NCBI GenBank assembly: GCA_002245135.1
Contig: NGBS01000872.1
Coordinates: 62,001-126,000, forward strand
Direction: 5' to 3'
DNA: 64,000 nt
Source of the DNA: Proteromonas lacertae
Taxonomy: Eukaryota
Shown here: positions 12,901-27,900 of the stretch, piece by piece
Layout: each line of letters starts with the position of its first letter
Position numbering within the stretch: the first letter of the stretch is position 1
Notes under the pieces: generated by a model
Databases searched by the model: none
Seen by the model: only the letters and a program-made list of their open reading frames with translations
Told to the model about the DNA's origin: nothing
Program-made: the position numbers and the translations under genes

Positions 12901-15900
12901 CTGAATACAGAAAAGTCATTCTTGATAAGATGTTAGATAATAGTGATGCTGTTAAAAGACAAACTAAGAGTTATAATATGATTGATTCATCCTTAAATGA
13001 AATTAAACCTCAAGTACAAGCAACACCAGTTGATAGATTGAAGAAATTAGAATATCAAATGAATAAATTAGATGAGGACAATAAGAGAATAAAGAATGAG
13101 AATGATATATTAACTGATTCTATTCAAACTAATAGTAAATTGATTGATCAGAGACAAAGTGCTTATGATTTAGAAGCAACAGGTCATTTATGTAAAGGAC
13201 AAATTGATGATTTAGGTGATAAAGTAGAAGAGATTAAGAAATCACCGAATTGTACTGAAAAGAAACTTATTCCTTTACAGAAGAAACTAAGTGAATTAGA
13301 TAAAGAAGTAGCAAAAATAAACAAAGATATTCAAGGTGAAATATCTAAAGTTAATAATGTTGATGATAGTGATACAGAAAAGTGTAAGAATATTATTGCT
13401 GCTAGTAAAGAGAATCAAAAACTAATAAGTGAAGAAATTGCAAGATTAAAAGAAAAATGTTCAAATCTAAGAAATGATTTACTTCAAGTTGAATTAGATC
13501 CAACCAAGATATTAGAGGAATTGGAGAATGTAAAGAATGATAATAAATCATTGAATAATGATGTTGAGATGTTGAATCATGAGATTTCAAAGTTACAAAA
13601 TGAATTAGCTGAAGAGAATGACAAATTAAAAGAACAAACAGAATTTGCTAATGCTTTAGACGAAAAAGATGTTTCTCTAGAGAATGCTTTGACTGAAGCA
13701 AAAGAACAAGTAGAAGCATTGAAAGAAGAGAATGAAGATTTGAAGAAGCAAATAGAAGAATTAGACAAAGCCTTATCAAGTGTAAAAGAAGGTGAAAATA
13801 ATTCTCAATATGGTTTATTAAATGAATATTTAGATGATGAATTAAAGATGTTAGAAGAAGATTATAAACGAATAAATGGAATTGCTGATCATTGTAATGA
13901 AAATTTGAAAAAGTACAAATCTAATGAAGATCTAAAGAAGAAGAAATCTGTAAAGAATTTAGACAAGACATTAAAAGAAGTTCGACCTGAATTAAGTAAA
14001 TGTAATGATGAGATAAAAGAAGAGCGTGATATGTTAAATGAATTTGAAAGTAATCCTGATACAAGTAGTCAATTATTAGATGATTTACATCAAAAGATGA
14101 AAACAACTGAAGAAAAATTACGAGATTGTGAAAGTAAATTATTAAAGAATGATGGCGATAGTATTGATGGTCTATGTAAGAGTGTAATGGATAATCAGAA
14201 TGAATTAACAAAAGCACAAGAATTATTAAAGAATCAAAATGATAAAATCGATAATTTAGAAAGTAAGATGATGAATAATGAAGAATATATTGAAGATGAA
14301 TCAATTCTTAGAGCTGAAGTATTAGGAGTATGTGAGTTAAATGCTTTTGATGAAGATGAAAGTATGTTAATGGATAATGAAATGGGTAATTTAGAAAGTA
14401 GTCCTGAAATGTTGCAAGAGAAGCTAGACAATTTAGAGAATCGTGAATTACAAAATAAACTAGAAGAATTAAAGAAAGAATTAAAAAATGTAAAGAAGAA
14501 TGTAAAAGAAGATAAACGAGAAATAGAAAAGAAGAAAAAGAGCAAGATAGGAGAAGATGAAAATGAAAATGATAAGATAATAAAGAATGAACTAAATGAA
14601 ATTGATGAGAATGTGAAAGATATTGGTGAAGAAATAGAAAAATGTGAAAATAAGATCAATAATATAATGAAGAATAATAAAGATTTAGCCGATTATGAGA
14701 AAAATGAAGATCGAAAAGAGATTCATGATGATTTAAAATCTATAGAAGAAAAGTTGAATGAAAATGAGAAAAAATTAGAAAAATTGGAGAATAAGATGAA
14801 ATGTTTAGAAGATTTAAGATGTTTGAATGATATGTTAAAAGAAAATGAGAATAACTTGAATGATATAAATGATAATCTGAAAAAGATAGGTGATGATTTT
14901 AATGAATTGAATGAAGATGATTTTGTAAAAGAATGTAAACAGAATGAAGCTGTTGAAAGTGTAAATCCCAAAAAGAATAGTTATCTAAATAGTTTGAAAG
15001 AATTGAAAGAGAAGAGTGTTGAAAGTGAGAATGAGCTGAAAGAAAACGAGAAAGAAATGAAGGAAGTGAGTTTAGATGATAATGATAAAAATGGTGATGA
15101 AATGAAAGAAAAACTATTCGAGCTAGGAAATAAAGAAAATGAGTTAAGTGAAAAATTAGAGAAGCTAAAGAAGAATTCAGACGAATTGAAGAATGATTTA
15201 AATGATATAAAAGATATAAAAATGAAAATGATGGAAGAGAAAAAGAAGAATTTAGAAGAAGATTTAAGTGAATTGAAGAAAGAAAATGAAAAGTTGAATA
15301 ATCGATTAAAGAAATGTGATAAAGATTTCTTAAACAATAAAGAAATGATTGATAAATTAGATAAGCGATTAGAAGATATGAAATGTGAATTAGATGAGAA
15401 TGAATTAGAAAATTTCGATATTGAGACAAGTAAAATAATTCCAATGAAAGAAGATTTAGAGAATGTGAGAATGAATGAAATAAAAGAAATAGAAAATCGA
15501 TTAAATGAAATGAATGAAAAAGTGGAAAAACTAAAGAAAGATAAAAATGAAATGGAAGATAAGCTAAATGTACTTGAAGAAATGAACAAATTGAATGAAG
15601 ATTTGAAAGAGTTGAATAAAGATTTAGAACATTGTAAAAACATGGATGATCGACTTCATAACAAATTGAACAATGTAAAAGAGAATGAAAGTATGAGTAA
15701 AGAAAAGATGGATGAAATAGAAAAAGAATTGAATGAAATTGATGAAGAATTGAAAGTTAAAGAGAAAGAAATCGAAGATGAAAATGACAAGTTAAAAAGT
15801 GTCGATGAAAATTCTGAAAATGCCGAAAAAGATATGAAAGAAATAAAATGTGAAATAGAAAAAGAGAGTAAAGAAGTTGAAGAGTTAAAGAGTCGATTAG

Positions 15901-18900
15901 AAAAGTTATGTGATGATTTGAATGTACCAAAAAAAGCATTCAATTACAGTAATGTATTAGATGCTGATAAAGCTGAGTTAATAAAAGAAATTGATGATTT
16001 AAAGATGAATGACTTGGAGAATCGATACAAGGATTTAAAAAATAAGAATGAAAAATTAGAAAATAATTTGAATAAGTTTAAGAAGAATTTGAAGAAGATG
16101 AATGAAGATAAGATAGGTAAAGATGATAATGGTGAAGAACTAGAAAACCAATTATGTGAATTAGAGAATGAAGTACAAGAGAATGATAATAAGTTGAACA
16201 ATATAAACAATGAAATAAATGATTTAAAGAATAACAATAATAAACTAAATCCAAATGAAAAGAGTGAAAGTCGAAGTAAGATTAAAAAAGAATTGAATGA
16301 ATTAAGTGAAGATATAAATAACGATACAAAATGTTTAGACGACTTAGAAGATAATTTAAAGAATTTGAAAGATATAAATACCTTGAATGACAAATTGAAA
16401 AATCATGAAGATGATTTATGTAAACTGAATGATAGTCTAAGTAAATTAGAGAATGAATTGAATGATTTAGAAGAGAATGATTTCTTAGATGAATGTAAAA
16501 TAGTTCCAAAAGAAGAATTAGACCAATTAGAATCTACTGAGAATGATAATAAAGAAATGAATAATGAAGATACACCAAAGAAGGATACTTACTTAAATAC
16601 TTCAAAATATCTTAATAATAGAAAGATCGAAAAAGAAGATAAGATGAAAGAAATCTCTAATAAACTGAATAATTTAGATATGTCTAATAATGATGATGAT
16701 ATGAATGATAAACTAAAACAATTAGGAGATGATGTAAAAGAATTAGAAAAAGAAATAAAAGAGTTGAAAAATGATACAAATAAATTAAATAAGAATGTTG
16801 ATTCAATGAAAGATGAATTATATAACAAGATGAAGAGTCAAAGTGATAATCGTGAAGATCAATTAGATGATTCATTAAAGGAAAATAAGAAGTTAGAAGA
16901 TCGATTAAGTAAATTATTAATAGATGATAGTAATAATAAAGATTTAATACCTGAATTAGATCATATTATAAATGAAGATAGATCTAATATTGCTGATGCA
17001 AAATCTAAATTAAGTGATTTTGAAGGAAGATTAAAAGCAGTAAATCCTAAGAAGAATGAAGTATCTGTAGAGAAGTTAAAAAATTTAGATAAAGAATTTG
17101 ATGAGTTGCAGAAACAAATAGATGAATTAAATAAGAATGAAAAATATGTAAAAGACACACTACAAAATCTGGAAGATGTAAAAGGGAATAAAGACACTCT
17201 AGATGAATTAAAGAAAGAATATCAAGATTGTAATAATAAGATAAATGATTTGCATAAGAAGATTGATGTGATGAAATTAGATTTAGATGATGATCCATCG
17301 AGTGAAATTGCTGTAGAGAAATGTGAATCTCAATTACATGAAGTTGAAGAAAGAATTCCATCAATTGAAGAAAAGATCGATGAAGAGAGTAGAAGATTGG
17401 ATAATTTAGATGAAAACGAAATAGAAAAATGTCAGTCTGAATTACAGGAGAGTAATAAAAACGAGGAAGAAATAAAGAATGATTTGGATGAGATAAGTAA
17501 GACTTTAAAGAGTTTAGAAGATACTTTGAACAAATTAGGTGGTAGTAGTAGTGGAAATGCTAATACAAAGTATATAGAAGAATTAGAAAATCAATTAGAA
17601 AAACAAGAAAAAGAATTTGATGATTATAAACTAAAAGACTTAGAAAGAAAATATGCTGAATTAAAATCTGAATGTAAAGCATTAGAAAGATCGTTAGAGA
17701 ATTATAAAGACGATGTAAATGATTTAGAGAGTGATAGTGTTGGTAAAAATGAAATAAATTTGGAAGTTCATAATAAGTTAGATTCAATGCAACAAAGTAT
17801 TGAAGAAGATAAATCTAGTTTAAATCGATGTAATGATTTAATAACTGATTATAAAGACAATAAGAATGAATTAAGTCATGATGAAAAAGATGAAAGATAT
17901 AATGAAATCAATGAAGAATTAGGTGAGACAAGTGTAAGATTAGTAAACGATCGAGATCAATTAAATGAATTAAAGAAATCAATAAAATGTTTGAAAGATG
18001 CCACAAGTTTGGATGAAAAGATACGTGGAAATGAAGATACAATAAAAGATATAAAGAAAGAATTGGATAAATTAAATAAAGAATTTGATGATTTAGAAGA
18101 AGGAGATTTCTTAGATGAATGTAAGATAGGTAAAATAGAAGATGATGAAAATCCAAAGAAGAGTAGTTATATAAATGGTGTAAATGAATTAGATAAGAGA
18201 TTAGATGAAAAAGAGAAAGAAATAAATGATTTAAAGAAAGAAATAAACGATTTAAATCTAAAAGAAGAAAGTGAAACAAGTCAAAAATTGAAGAATATTG
18301 GATTTAAAGAACATGATTTAGATAAAGACATGAAAGAATTGAAAGATGATTATAAAGATTTAAATCATTCTTTGTCAGTTATAAAAGGTGATATTTGTAG
18401 TACGTTAAAATCTAAATTACCAAAAGATGAAGATCGTTTAGAAGATTTGAATAAACAAAACAAGAAGTTGGAGGAAGAATTACGAAATCAAAACTATAGT
18501 AATCCAAACAACGAAGAAATAATGAAGATAAGTAATGATGATTTAGAAGAAGAAAAGAATAATATAGAAGATGCAAATAATGAATTGAATAGATTAAATT
18601 CTAATATAAAGACGGTAAAGAATGATTTAGATAACACATCCACAGAGAAATTAAAGAACTTGAAATCATCTCTGGAAATTTTGGAAGATTCATTGAGTAA
18701 ATTAGAAGCAACACAAAAGGAATTGAAAGATCGATTAGATAATTTAGATGAGATGATGAAATTAAAGGATGGTATGACTTTATTAAAGGGTGATGAAAAT
18801 GATTGTAAAGAAAAGAGTAAAAAATTGAGTGAAGAAATATCCAAATTAAAGAGTGAAATTAAAGAAAATCCAAATATGAATGAAGAAAAGCTAAATGAAT

Positions 18901-21900
18901 TAGAAGAAAGATTAAAGAAGATTGAGAATGAAAAATTGCCTAAAATTGACAAAAAATTAGAAGAGAGTGAAAAAGAATTGAATGAGATAGATGAGATGAA
19001 TAATGAAAAATGTCATGATGAAATAATAAAGATGAAAGATGATGAGAAAGAATTGAATGATAAATTGAATGAAATAAAGAAAGAATTAGATGATATAAGT
19101 CATGAATTAATCTCTTCTGAAAAAGATCCTGAAAAGATATTAGCTGAGATGAACAAACTGAAAGAAGAAAAAGAAGATTTAGAAAATGCAAATAATGAAA
19201 TAATGTCTAAATTAGAAGAATTGGAAAATGATAAGAAAGAAAATGATAATGAAACTGTATCTTTGGTCGATAAAATTAGTGCATTAGAAAAACAAATAGA
19301 AGAATTGAATGAGAATGGAAATGATATATCTTCATTGGATTTATTAGAACATGAAGTTGATTTATTGGAAAAAGATATAAAGAGAGTGAATGAATTAGCT
19401 GATAGTTGTGAAAAGAATTTACAGAAGAAAGATAATGAAATTGATAAAAAGGATGATAAAAAGAAAGTAATAAAAGATGTTGCTAGAGAATTGAAAGATG
19501 TAGAAACCAAAATAGGAAAATGTAATGATGAAGTAAAAGAAGAAAGAGAAATGTTGAATAAGTTAGAAACTAATCCTAAAGACTTAGAGATTAGGGATGA
19601 TTTATTGAAGAAAGTGAAGAATAGTGAAAATAATTTAAGAGATTATGAAGAAGAATTACAAAAGATCAATAATAAGATTAATGGAATGAATGATATAAAT
19701 GAAGGTAATAATGATTCATTAGAAAATATTGAAACTTATAAAGCAGAAATAATAGGTAATAGTGAGTTAAATGCTTTTGATGAAGATGAAAGTATGTTAA
19801 TGGATAATGAAATGGGTAATTTAGAAAGTAGTCCTGAAATGTTGCAAGAGAAGCTAGACAATTTAGAGAATCGTGAATTACAAAATAAACTAGAAGAATT
19901 AAAGAAAGAATTAAAAAATGTAAAGAAGAATGTAAAAGAAGATAAACGAGAAATAGAAAAGAAGAAAAAGAGCAAGATAGGAGAAGATGAAAATGAAAAT
20001 GATAAGATAATAAAGAATGAACTAAATGAAATTGATGAGAATGTGAAAGATATTGGTGAAGAAATAGAAAAATGTGAAAATAAGATCAATAATATAATGA
20101 AGAATAATAAAGATTTAGCCGATTATGAGAAAAATGAAGATCGAAAAGAGATTCATGATGATTTAAAATCTATAGAAGAAAAGTTGAATGAAAATGAGAA
20201 AAAATTAGAAAAATTGGAGAATAAGATGAAATGTTTAGAAGATTTAAGATGTTTGAATGATATGTTAAAAGAAAATGAGAATAACTTGAATGATATAAAT
20301 GATAATCTGAAAAAGATAGGTGATGATTTTAATGAATTGAATGAAGATGATTTTGTAAAAGAATGTAAACAGAATGAAGCTGTTGAAAGTGTAAATCCCA
20401 AAAAGAATAGTTATCTAAATAGTTTGAAAGAATTGAAAGAGAAGAGTGTTGAAAGTGAGAATGAGCTGAAAGAAAACGAGAAAGAAATGAAGGAAGTGAG
20501 TTTAGATGATAATGATAAAAATGGTGATGAAATGAAAGAAAAACTATTCGAGCTAGGAAATAAAGAAAATGAGTTAAGTGAAAAATTAGAGAAGCTAAAG
20601 AAGAATTCAGACGAATTGAAGAATGATTTAAATGATATAAAAGATATAAAAATGAAAATGATGGAAGAGAAAAAGAAGAATTTAGAAGAAGATTTAAGTG
20701 AATTGAAGAAAGAAAATGAAAAGTTGAATAATCGATTAAAGAAATGTGATAAAGATTTCTTAAACAATAAAGAAATGATTGATAAATTAGATAAGCGATT
20801 AGAAGATATGAAATGTGAATTAGATGAGAATGAATTAGAAAATTTCGATATTGAGACAAGTAAAATAATTCCAATGAAAGAAGATTTAGAGAATGTGAGA
20901 ATGAATGAAATAAAAGAAATAGAAAATCGATTAAATGAAATGAATGAAAAAGTGGAAAAACTAAAGAAAGATAAAAATGAAATGGAAGATAAGCTAAATG
21001 TACTTGAAGAAATGAACAAATTGAATGAAGATTTGAAAGAGTTGAATAAAGATTTAGAACATTGTAAAAACATGGATGATCGACTTCATAACAAATTGAA
21101 CAATGTAAAAGAGAATGAAAGTATGAGTAAAGAAAAGATGGATGAAATAGAAAAAGAATTGAATGAAATTGATGAAGAATTGAAAGTTAAAGAGAAAGAA
21201 ATCGAAGATGAAAATGACAAGTTAAAAAGTGTCGATGAAAATTCTGAAAATGCCGAAAAAGATATGAAAGAAATAAAATGTGAAATAGAAAAAGAGAGTA
21301 AAGAAGTTGAAGAGTTAAAGAGTCGATTAGAAAAGTTATGTGATGAAATTGGAATTCCAAAGAAAGATGAGAATTTATATAACGAAGAGATTGAAGAATT
21401 AGAAAAAGAGTTAAAAGAAAAAGAAGAAGAATTGAAAGAAGCAGTAAAAGAGAAAGATGAAAATATTTCAAAATTAGAAGAAGAACTAAAGAACAAAGAA
21501 GATGAATTAGAGAGATTATGTAATCAACTGGAAAAGCTTGAAGAAAGAATGGAAGATGATACAATATTGAAAAGTGAAATATTAGGTGAGAGTGAAGAAA
21601 ACGTGAGTGATGAATTGAATAAAGAAGATAATAAAGATAATAGTGAAGAAATGAATTTGAATGAGATGAAATCATTAGATACAACTGAAAGTAAGCCAAT
21701 TGAAGAATATAAGAATGAGATAGATAATTTGAAAGTGAATGTATTAGAAAGTCGATTAAAAGAATTGAAGAACAAAGAAAAATCTTTGGAGAAAGAATTA
21801 AATAACAACAAGAAAGAAATGAAGAAGCTTGGTGATGAAAAGATTGGAAAAGATGATAATGATAATAAAGTATTGAATGAAGTAGACAAAGTGAATGATG

Positions 21901-24900
21901 AATTGAATGAGAATAAACATGAGATAGATGAAATAGAAAGTAAAATAGAAAGTTTAAAGAATAATAAGAATGAAATGTCAAATAATGAAAAGAATGAAAA
22001 ATATGATGAAATCAAGAATGATTTAGACAAAGTGGAAGAAAGATTGAATGAAAATGAAAAGAAACTAGATGATTTAGAAGCTAATGTGAAGAACTTGAAA
22101 GATATAAATGAGTTAAACAACAAATGTAAATCAAATGAAGATGAATTGAAAGAATTGAATGAAAATGTTGATAAATTGGAGAATGAGTTAAAAGAATTAG
22201 ATGAAGCTGATTTCTTATATAAATCTAGCATATTACCTGAAGAAAAGTTAAGAGAAATTAGTGAAGAGAGAAAAATGTATGATATTGATGAACCGATTAG
22301 TGATTCTCCTAAGAAGGAAAGTTATATGAATACTACAAAATATATAAGTAAAGAAATAGGTGATAAAAAAGATGATATGATGATTATTAAAAATAAAATT
22401 AATGATTTTGTTCTTACAGAAAATGAAAATGAAAATAACGAAGAAATGAAAAATCTAAACCATGATATATCAAAATTAGAAAATGAAATTAGTGAATTAA
22501 AATGTATGAATAACGAATTGGAAAAGGTTATTGATCCAATAAAAACAAGCATAATTGATAAAATAGAAAGTAATTATGATAATGATAAGTCATTATTGAA
22601 GGATATGGAAAAAGAGAATAAGAAATTGAATGATGATTTACATGATTTAAATGATTTGAAAATCGATAATGAAATTATAACAAAAACAGAATCTGAATTA
22701 GATGAACAAGATAATAAATTAAAAGAAATAGAAAAAGATATGGTTGATTTAAAATCTAAAATAAAACCTATTAAACATAAGATCAATGATACTCCTGTTG
22801 AACAAGTTAAGTCATTAGAAAAGAAACAGAAATCTATTGAAGAGCAACTGAAAGAAACTGAAATAAAAGAGAAAGAATTGAGAGATAGATTAGATAATTT
22901 AGAAGAGGTTGTTAAATTGAAGGATAATATGGATCAATTGAAGAGTGATAGCGATGAATGTAAAAAGAAGTGTGATAAGATAAAGGAGGATATTGATAAT
23001 ATAAAGAATAATAAAGAAAATTATCCAAATATGAATGAAGAAAAGCTAAATGAATTAGAAGATCGATTAAAGAAGATTGAGAATGAAAAATTACCTGAGG
23101 TAGATAGTAAAATGGAAAATGATGAAAAAGAGTTGAATGAAATAGATGAGATGAATAATGAAAAATGTCGTTTAGAGATAATAAAGATGAAAGATGATGA
23201 GAAAGAATTGAATGATAAATTGAATGAAATAAAGAAAGAATTAGATGATATAAGTCATGAATTAATCTCTTCTGAAAAAGATCCTGAAAAGATATTAGCT
23301 GAGATGAACAAACTGAAAGAAGAAAAAGAAGATTTAGAAAATGCAAATAATGAAATAATGTCTAAATTAGAAGAATTGGAAAATGGAAAAAAGGATAGTG
23401 AAAATGAATGTAGATTATTAGAAGAAAAAATAGCTGCTATAGAAAATGCATTGACAGAAGCAAAAGAACAAATATTTGAATTGAAAGAAGATAATGAAGA
23501 TAGAGAAAAGCAAATAGAAGAATTAGACAAAGCATTAGAAAGTGTAAAAGAAGAAGAAAATAATTCTCAATATGGTTTATTAAATGAATATTTAGATGAT
23601 GAATTAAAGATGTTAGAAGAAAAAGCAAAGAAAGTAAATGATTTAGCTGATTCATGTAAGAATAACTTGAAGAAGATCAAGGAAGATAAAGAAATGAAAA
23701 AAGATCCAAATGTTAAAGAATTGAGTAAAGCTGTTAAAATGGTAAAACCAAAATTAAAGAGAGTGAATAATGAGATAAAAGAAGAACGTGAGATGTTAAA
23801 TGAATTTGAAAGTAATCCCAACACAAGTAGTCAATTATTAGATGATTTACATCAAAAGATGATGGTTACTGAAAAGTCCTTGAATGAAATTGAAAATGAT
23901 TTGATCAAGAATCAATTGTTGAGTGTTAAAGGTCTAATGGGAAAAGTTGATCAGAATGAATCAATCATAACAGGGAATGATGAAAATATTTCAAAATTAG
24001 AAGAAGAACTAAAGAACAAAGAAGATGAATTAGAGAGATTATGTAATCAACTGGAAAAGCTTGAAGAAAGAATGGAAGATGATACAATATTGAAAAGTGA
24101 AATATTAGGTGAGAGTGAAGAAAACGTGAGTGATGAATTGAATAAAGAAGATAATAAAGATAATAGTGAAGAAATGAATTTGAATGAGATGAAATCATTA
24201 GATACAACTGAAAGTAAGCCAATTGAAGAATATAAGAATGAGATAGATAATTTGAAAGTGAATGTATTAGAAAGTCGATTAAAAGAATTGAAGAACAAAG
24301 AAAAATCTTTGGAGAAAGAATTAAATAACAACAAGAAAGAAATGAAGAAGCTTGGTGATGAAAAGATTGGAAAAGATGATAATGATAATAAAGTATTGAA
24401 TGAAGTAGACAAAGTGAATGATGAATTGAATGAGAATAAACATGAGATAGATGAAATAGAAAGTAAAATAGAAAGTTTAAAGAATAATAAGAATGAAATG
24501 TCAAATGAATGAAAAGAATGAAAAATATGATGAAATCAAGAATGATTTAGACAAAGTGGAAGAAAGATTGAATGAAAATGAAAAGAAACTAGATGATTTA
24601 GAAGCTAATGTGAAGAACTTGAAAGATATAAATGAGTTAAACAACAAATGTAAATCAAATGAAGATGAATTGAAAGAATTGAATGAAAATGTTGATAAAT
24701 TGGAGAATGAGTTAAAAGAATTAGATGAAGCTGACTTTATAGATAAATGTAAATTAAGCGACAATGAAGAAATAAAAGAAGAAGTAATAGAAAATCCAAA
24801 GAAGAATAGTTATCTATGTGGTTTAAGTAAATTGAATGAAGAATTAAAAGAGAAAGAGAATGAATTGAAAGAATTGAAAGAAAATATCGACAATTTCTCG

Positions 24901-27900
24901 TTGAATGATCATGAAGATGAAAATAAAGATTTGAAAGAGTTAAATGATAAATCTGAAAAATTAAGCAAAGATATTGAAGATCTAAAGAAAGACATAGATG
25001 ATATAAATGATACATTAGAATCGATAAAGAAAGACTTATACAACAAGACTGAGAATCAAATACCTGAAAAAGAAGATGAATTGAAAGATTTAAGAAAAGA
25101 GAATGAAAAACTAGAAGAAAGACTAAATAAAATAAATGGCGATGAAATAAACAACCAAGATATGTTAGAAAACACCAAGACAGAAATGGATGAAAATTCT
25201 AATAAGTTGACTGAATTGAAGAATGATTTATCCAAATTGAAAGGAAGTATGAAATCAATAGATGATGGAAATATGTCCAAAGTTCCAGTTGAACAATTAA
25301 AAGAATTGGATAAAGAAATGAGTGGAATTGAAGATGATATGAAAGCTTGTAAAGAAAAAGAAAATGAAATGGAAGATAAGCTAAATGTACTTGAAGAAAT
25401 GAATAAATTGAATGAAGATTTGAAAGAGTTGAATAAAGATTTAGAACATTGTAAAAACATGGATGATCGACTTCATAACAAATTGAGCAATGTAAAAGAG
25501 AATGAAAATATGAGTAAAGAAAAGATGGATGAAATAGAAAAAGAATTGAATGAAATTGATGAAGAATTGAAAGTTAAAGAGAAAGAAATCGAAGATGAAA
25601 ATGACAAGTTAAAAAGTGTCGATGAAAATTCTGAAAATGCCGAAAAAGATATGAAAGAAATAAAATGTGAAATAGAAAAAGAGAGTAAAGAAGTTGAAGA
25701 GTTAAAGAGTCGATTAGAAAAGTTATGTGATGAAATTGGAATTCCAAAGAAAGATGAGAATTTATATAACGAAGAGATTGAAGAATTAGAAAAAGAGTTA
25801 AAAGAAAAAGAAGAAGAATTGAAAGAAGCAGTAAAAGAGAAAGATGAAAATATTTCAAAATTAGAAGAAGAACTAAAGAACAAAGAAGATGAATTAGAGA
25901 GATTATGTAATCAACTGGAAAAGCTTGAAGAAAGAATGGAAGATGATACAATATTGAAAAGTGAAATATTAGGTGAGAGTGAAGAAAACGTGAGTGATGA
26001 ATTGAATAAAGAAGATAATAAAGATAATAGTGAAGAAATGAATTTGAATGAGATGAAATCATTAGATACAACTGAAAGTAAGCCAATTGAAGAATATAAG
26101 AATGAGATAGATAATTTGAAAGTGAATGTATTAGAAAGTCGATTAAAAGAATTGAAGAACAAAGAAAAATCTTTGGAGAAAGAATTAAATAACAACAAGA
26201 AAGAAATGAAGAAGCTTGGTGATGAAAAGATTGGAAAAGATGATAATGATAATAAAGTATTGAATGAAGTAGACAAAGTGAATGATGAATTGAATGAGAA
26301 TAAACATGAGATAGATGAAATAGAAAGTAAAATAGAAAGTTTAAAGAATAATAAGAATGAAATGTCAAATGATGAAAAGAATGAAAAATATGATGAAATC
26401 AAGAATGATTTAGACAAAGTGGAAGAAAGATTGAATGAAAATGAAAAGAAACTAGATGATTTAGAAGCTAATGTGAAGAACTTGAAAGATATAAATGAGT
26501 TAAACAACAAATGTAAATCAAATGAAGATGAATTGAAAGAATTGAATGAAAATGTTGATAAATTGGAGAATGAGTTAAAAGAATTAGATGAAGCTGACTT
26601 TATAGATAAATGTAAATTAAGCGACAATGAAGAAATAAAAGAAGAAGTAATAGAAAATCCAAAGAAGAATAGTTATCTATGTGGTTTAAGTAAATTGAAT
26701 GAAGAATTAAAAGAGAAAGAGAATGAATTGAAAGAATTGAAAGAAAATATCGACAATTTCTCGTTGAATGATCATGAAGATGAAAATAAAGATTTGAAAG
26801 AGTTAAATGATAAATCTGAAAAATTAAGCAAAGATATTGAAGATCTAAAGAAAGACATAGATGATATAAATGATACATTAGAATCGATAAAGAAAGACTT
26901 ATACAACAAGACTGAGAATCAAATACCTGAAAAAGAAGATGAATTGAAAGATTTAAGAAAAGAGAATGAAAAACTAGAAGAAAGACTAAAGAAAATAAAT
27001 GGCGATGAAATAAACAACCAAGATATGTTAGAAAACACCAAGACAGAAATGGATGAAAATTCTAATAAGTTGACTGAATTGAAGAATGATTTATCCAAAT
27101 TGAAAGGAAGTATGAAATCAATAGATGATGGAAATATGTCCAAAGTTCCAGTTGAACAATTAAAAGAATTGGATAAAGAAATGAGTGGAATTGAAGATGA
27201 TATGAAAGCTTGTAAAGAAAAAGAAAATGAAATGGAAGATAAGCTAAATGTACTTGAAGAAATGAACAAATTGAATGAAAATCTAAATTACTTAAACGAA
27301 GAATATGATAATGATGTGAATAGAATAAACAATGCAATGGAACAATTGAACAAACATAAAGAAAATCCAAATAATGATGAATCTGTAATGAATGATATAC
27401 AGAAATTGGAAAGTGATTTAAATGAAGTAAAATCAGCATTAAATACTATAAAAGAGATGTTAGATTCAAACAAAGATAAAATTAATAAGATTGATGAAAA
27501 TGATAAAGAGAATAGTGAAAATGAAATTGAAAAATGTAAGAAAGTTCAAGATGAAATTAAAGGGAAATTGAATGATATTAATATAAAGTTATATGATGAG
27601 TTTAAGAAATATGATGAGTTAATTCCAGAAAATGTGGATGAAAAAGAAGAAGAGATTAAAGCATTAAAAGAACAAGTAAGTGAATTACAGAAGCAATTAG
27701 ATGAAATAGAAAACAATACAGAAATTGTTCCAATTGAAAAGAATGTATTGGTAGAATTTGTAAGAGATAGAGTGGAAATATTAGATGAAGATAATGACAC
27801 AATAGCAAAAGCAGCAGGAGAATTAGAAAAACAAATCAATAACTATAAGAGTATATCTACATTACAATCAAAGTCAGAAATTGATAAATTAAGTCAATCA

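Noticed and set aside
1449..24512. TGA reassignment or selenocysteine readthrough at the internal stops
   Set aside because: Coding continues in the +1 frame rather than the same frame, and TGA serves as a normal stop at 57100-57102.
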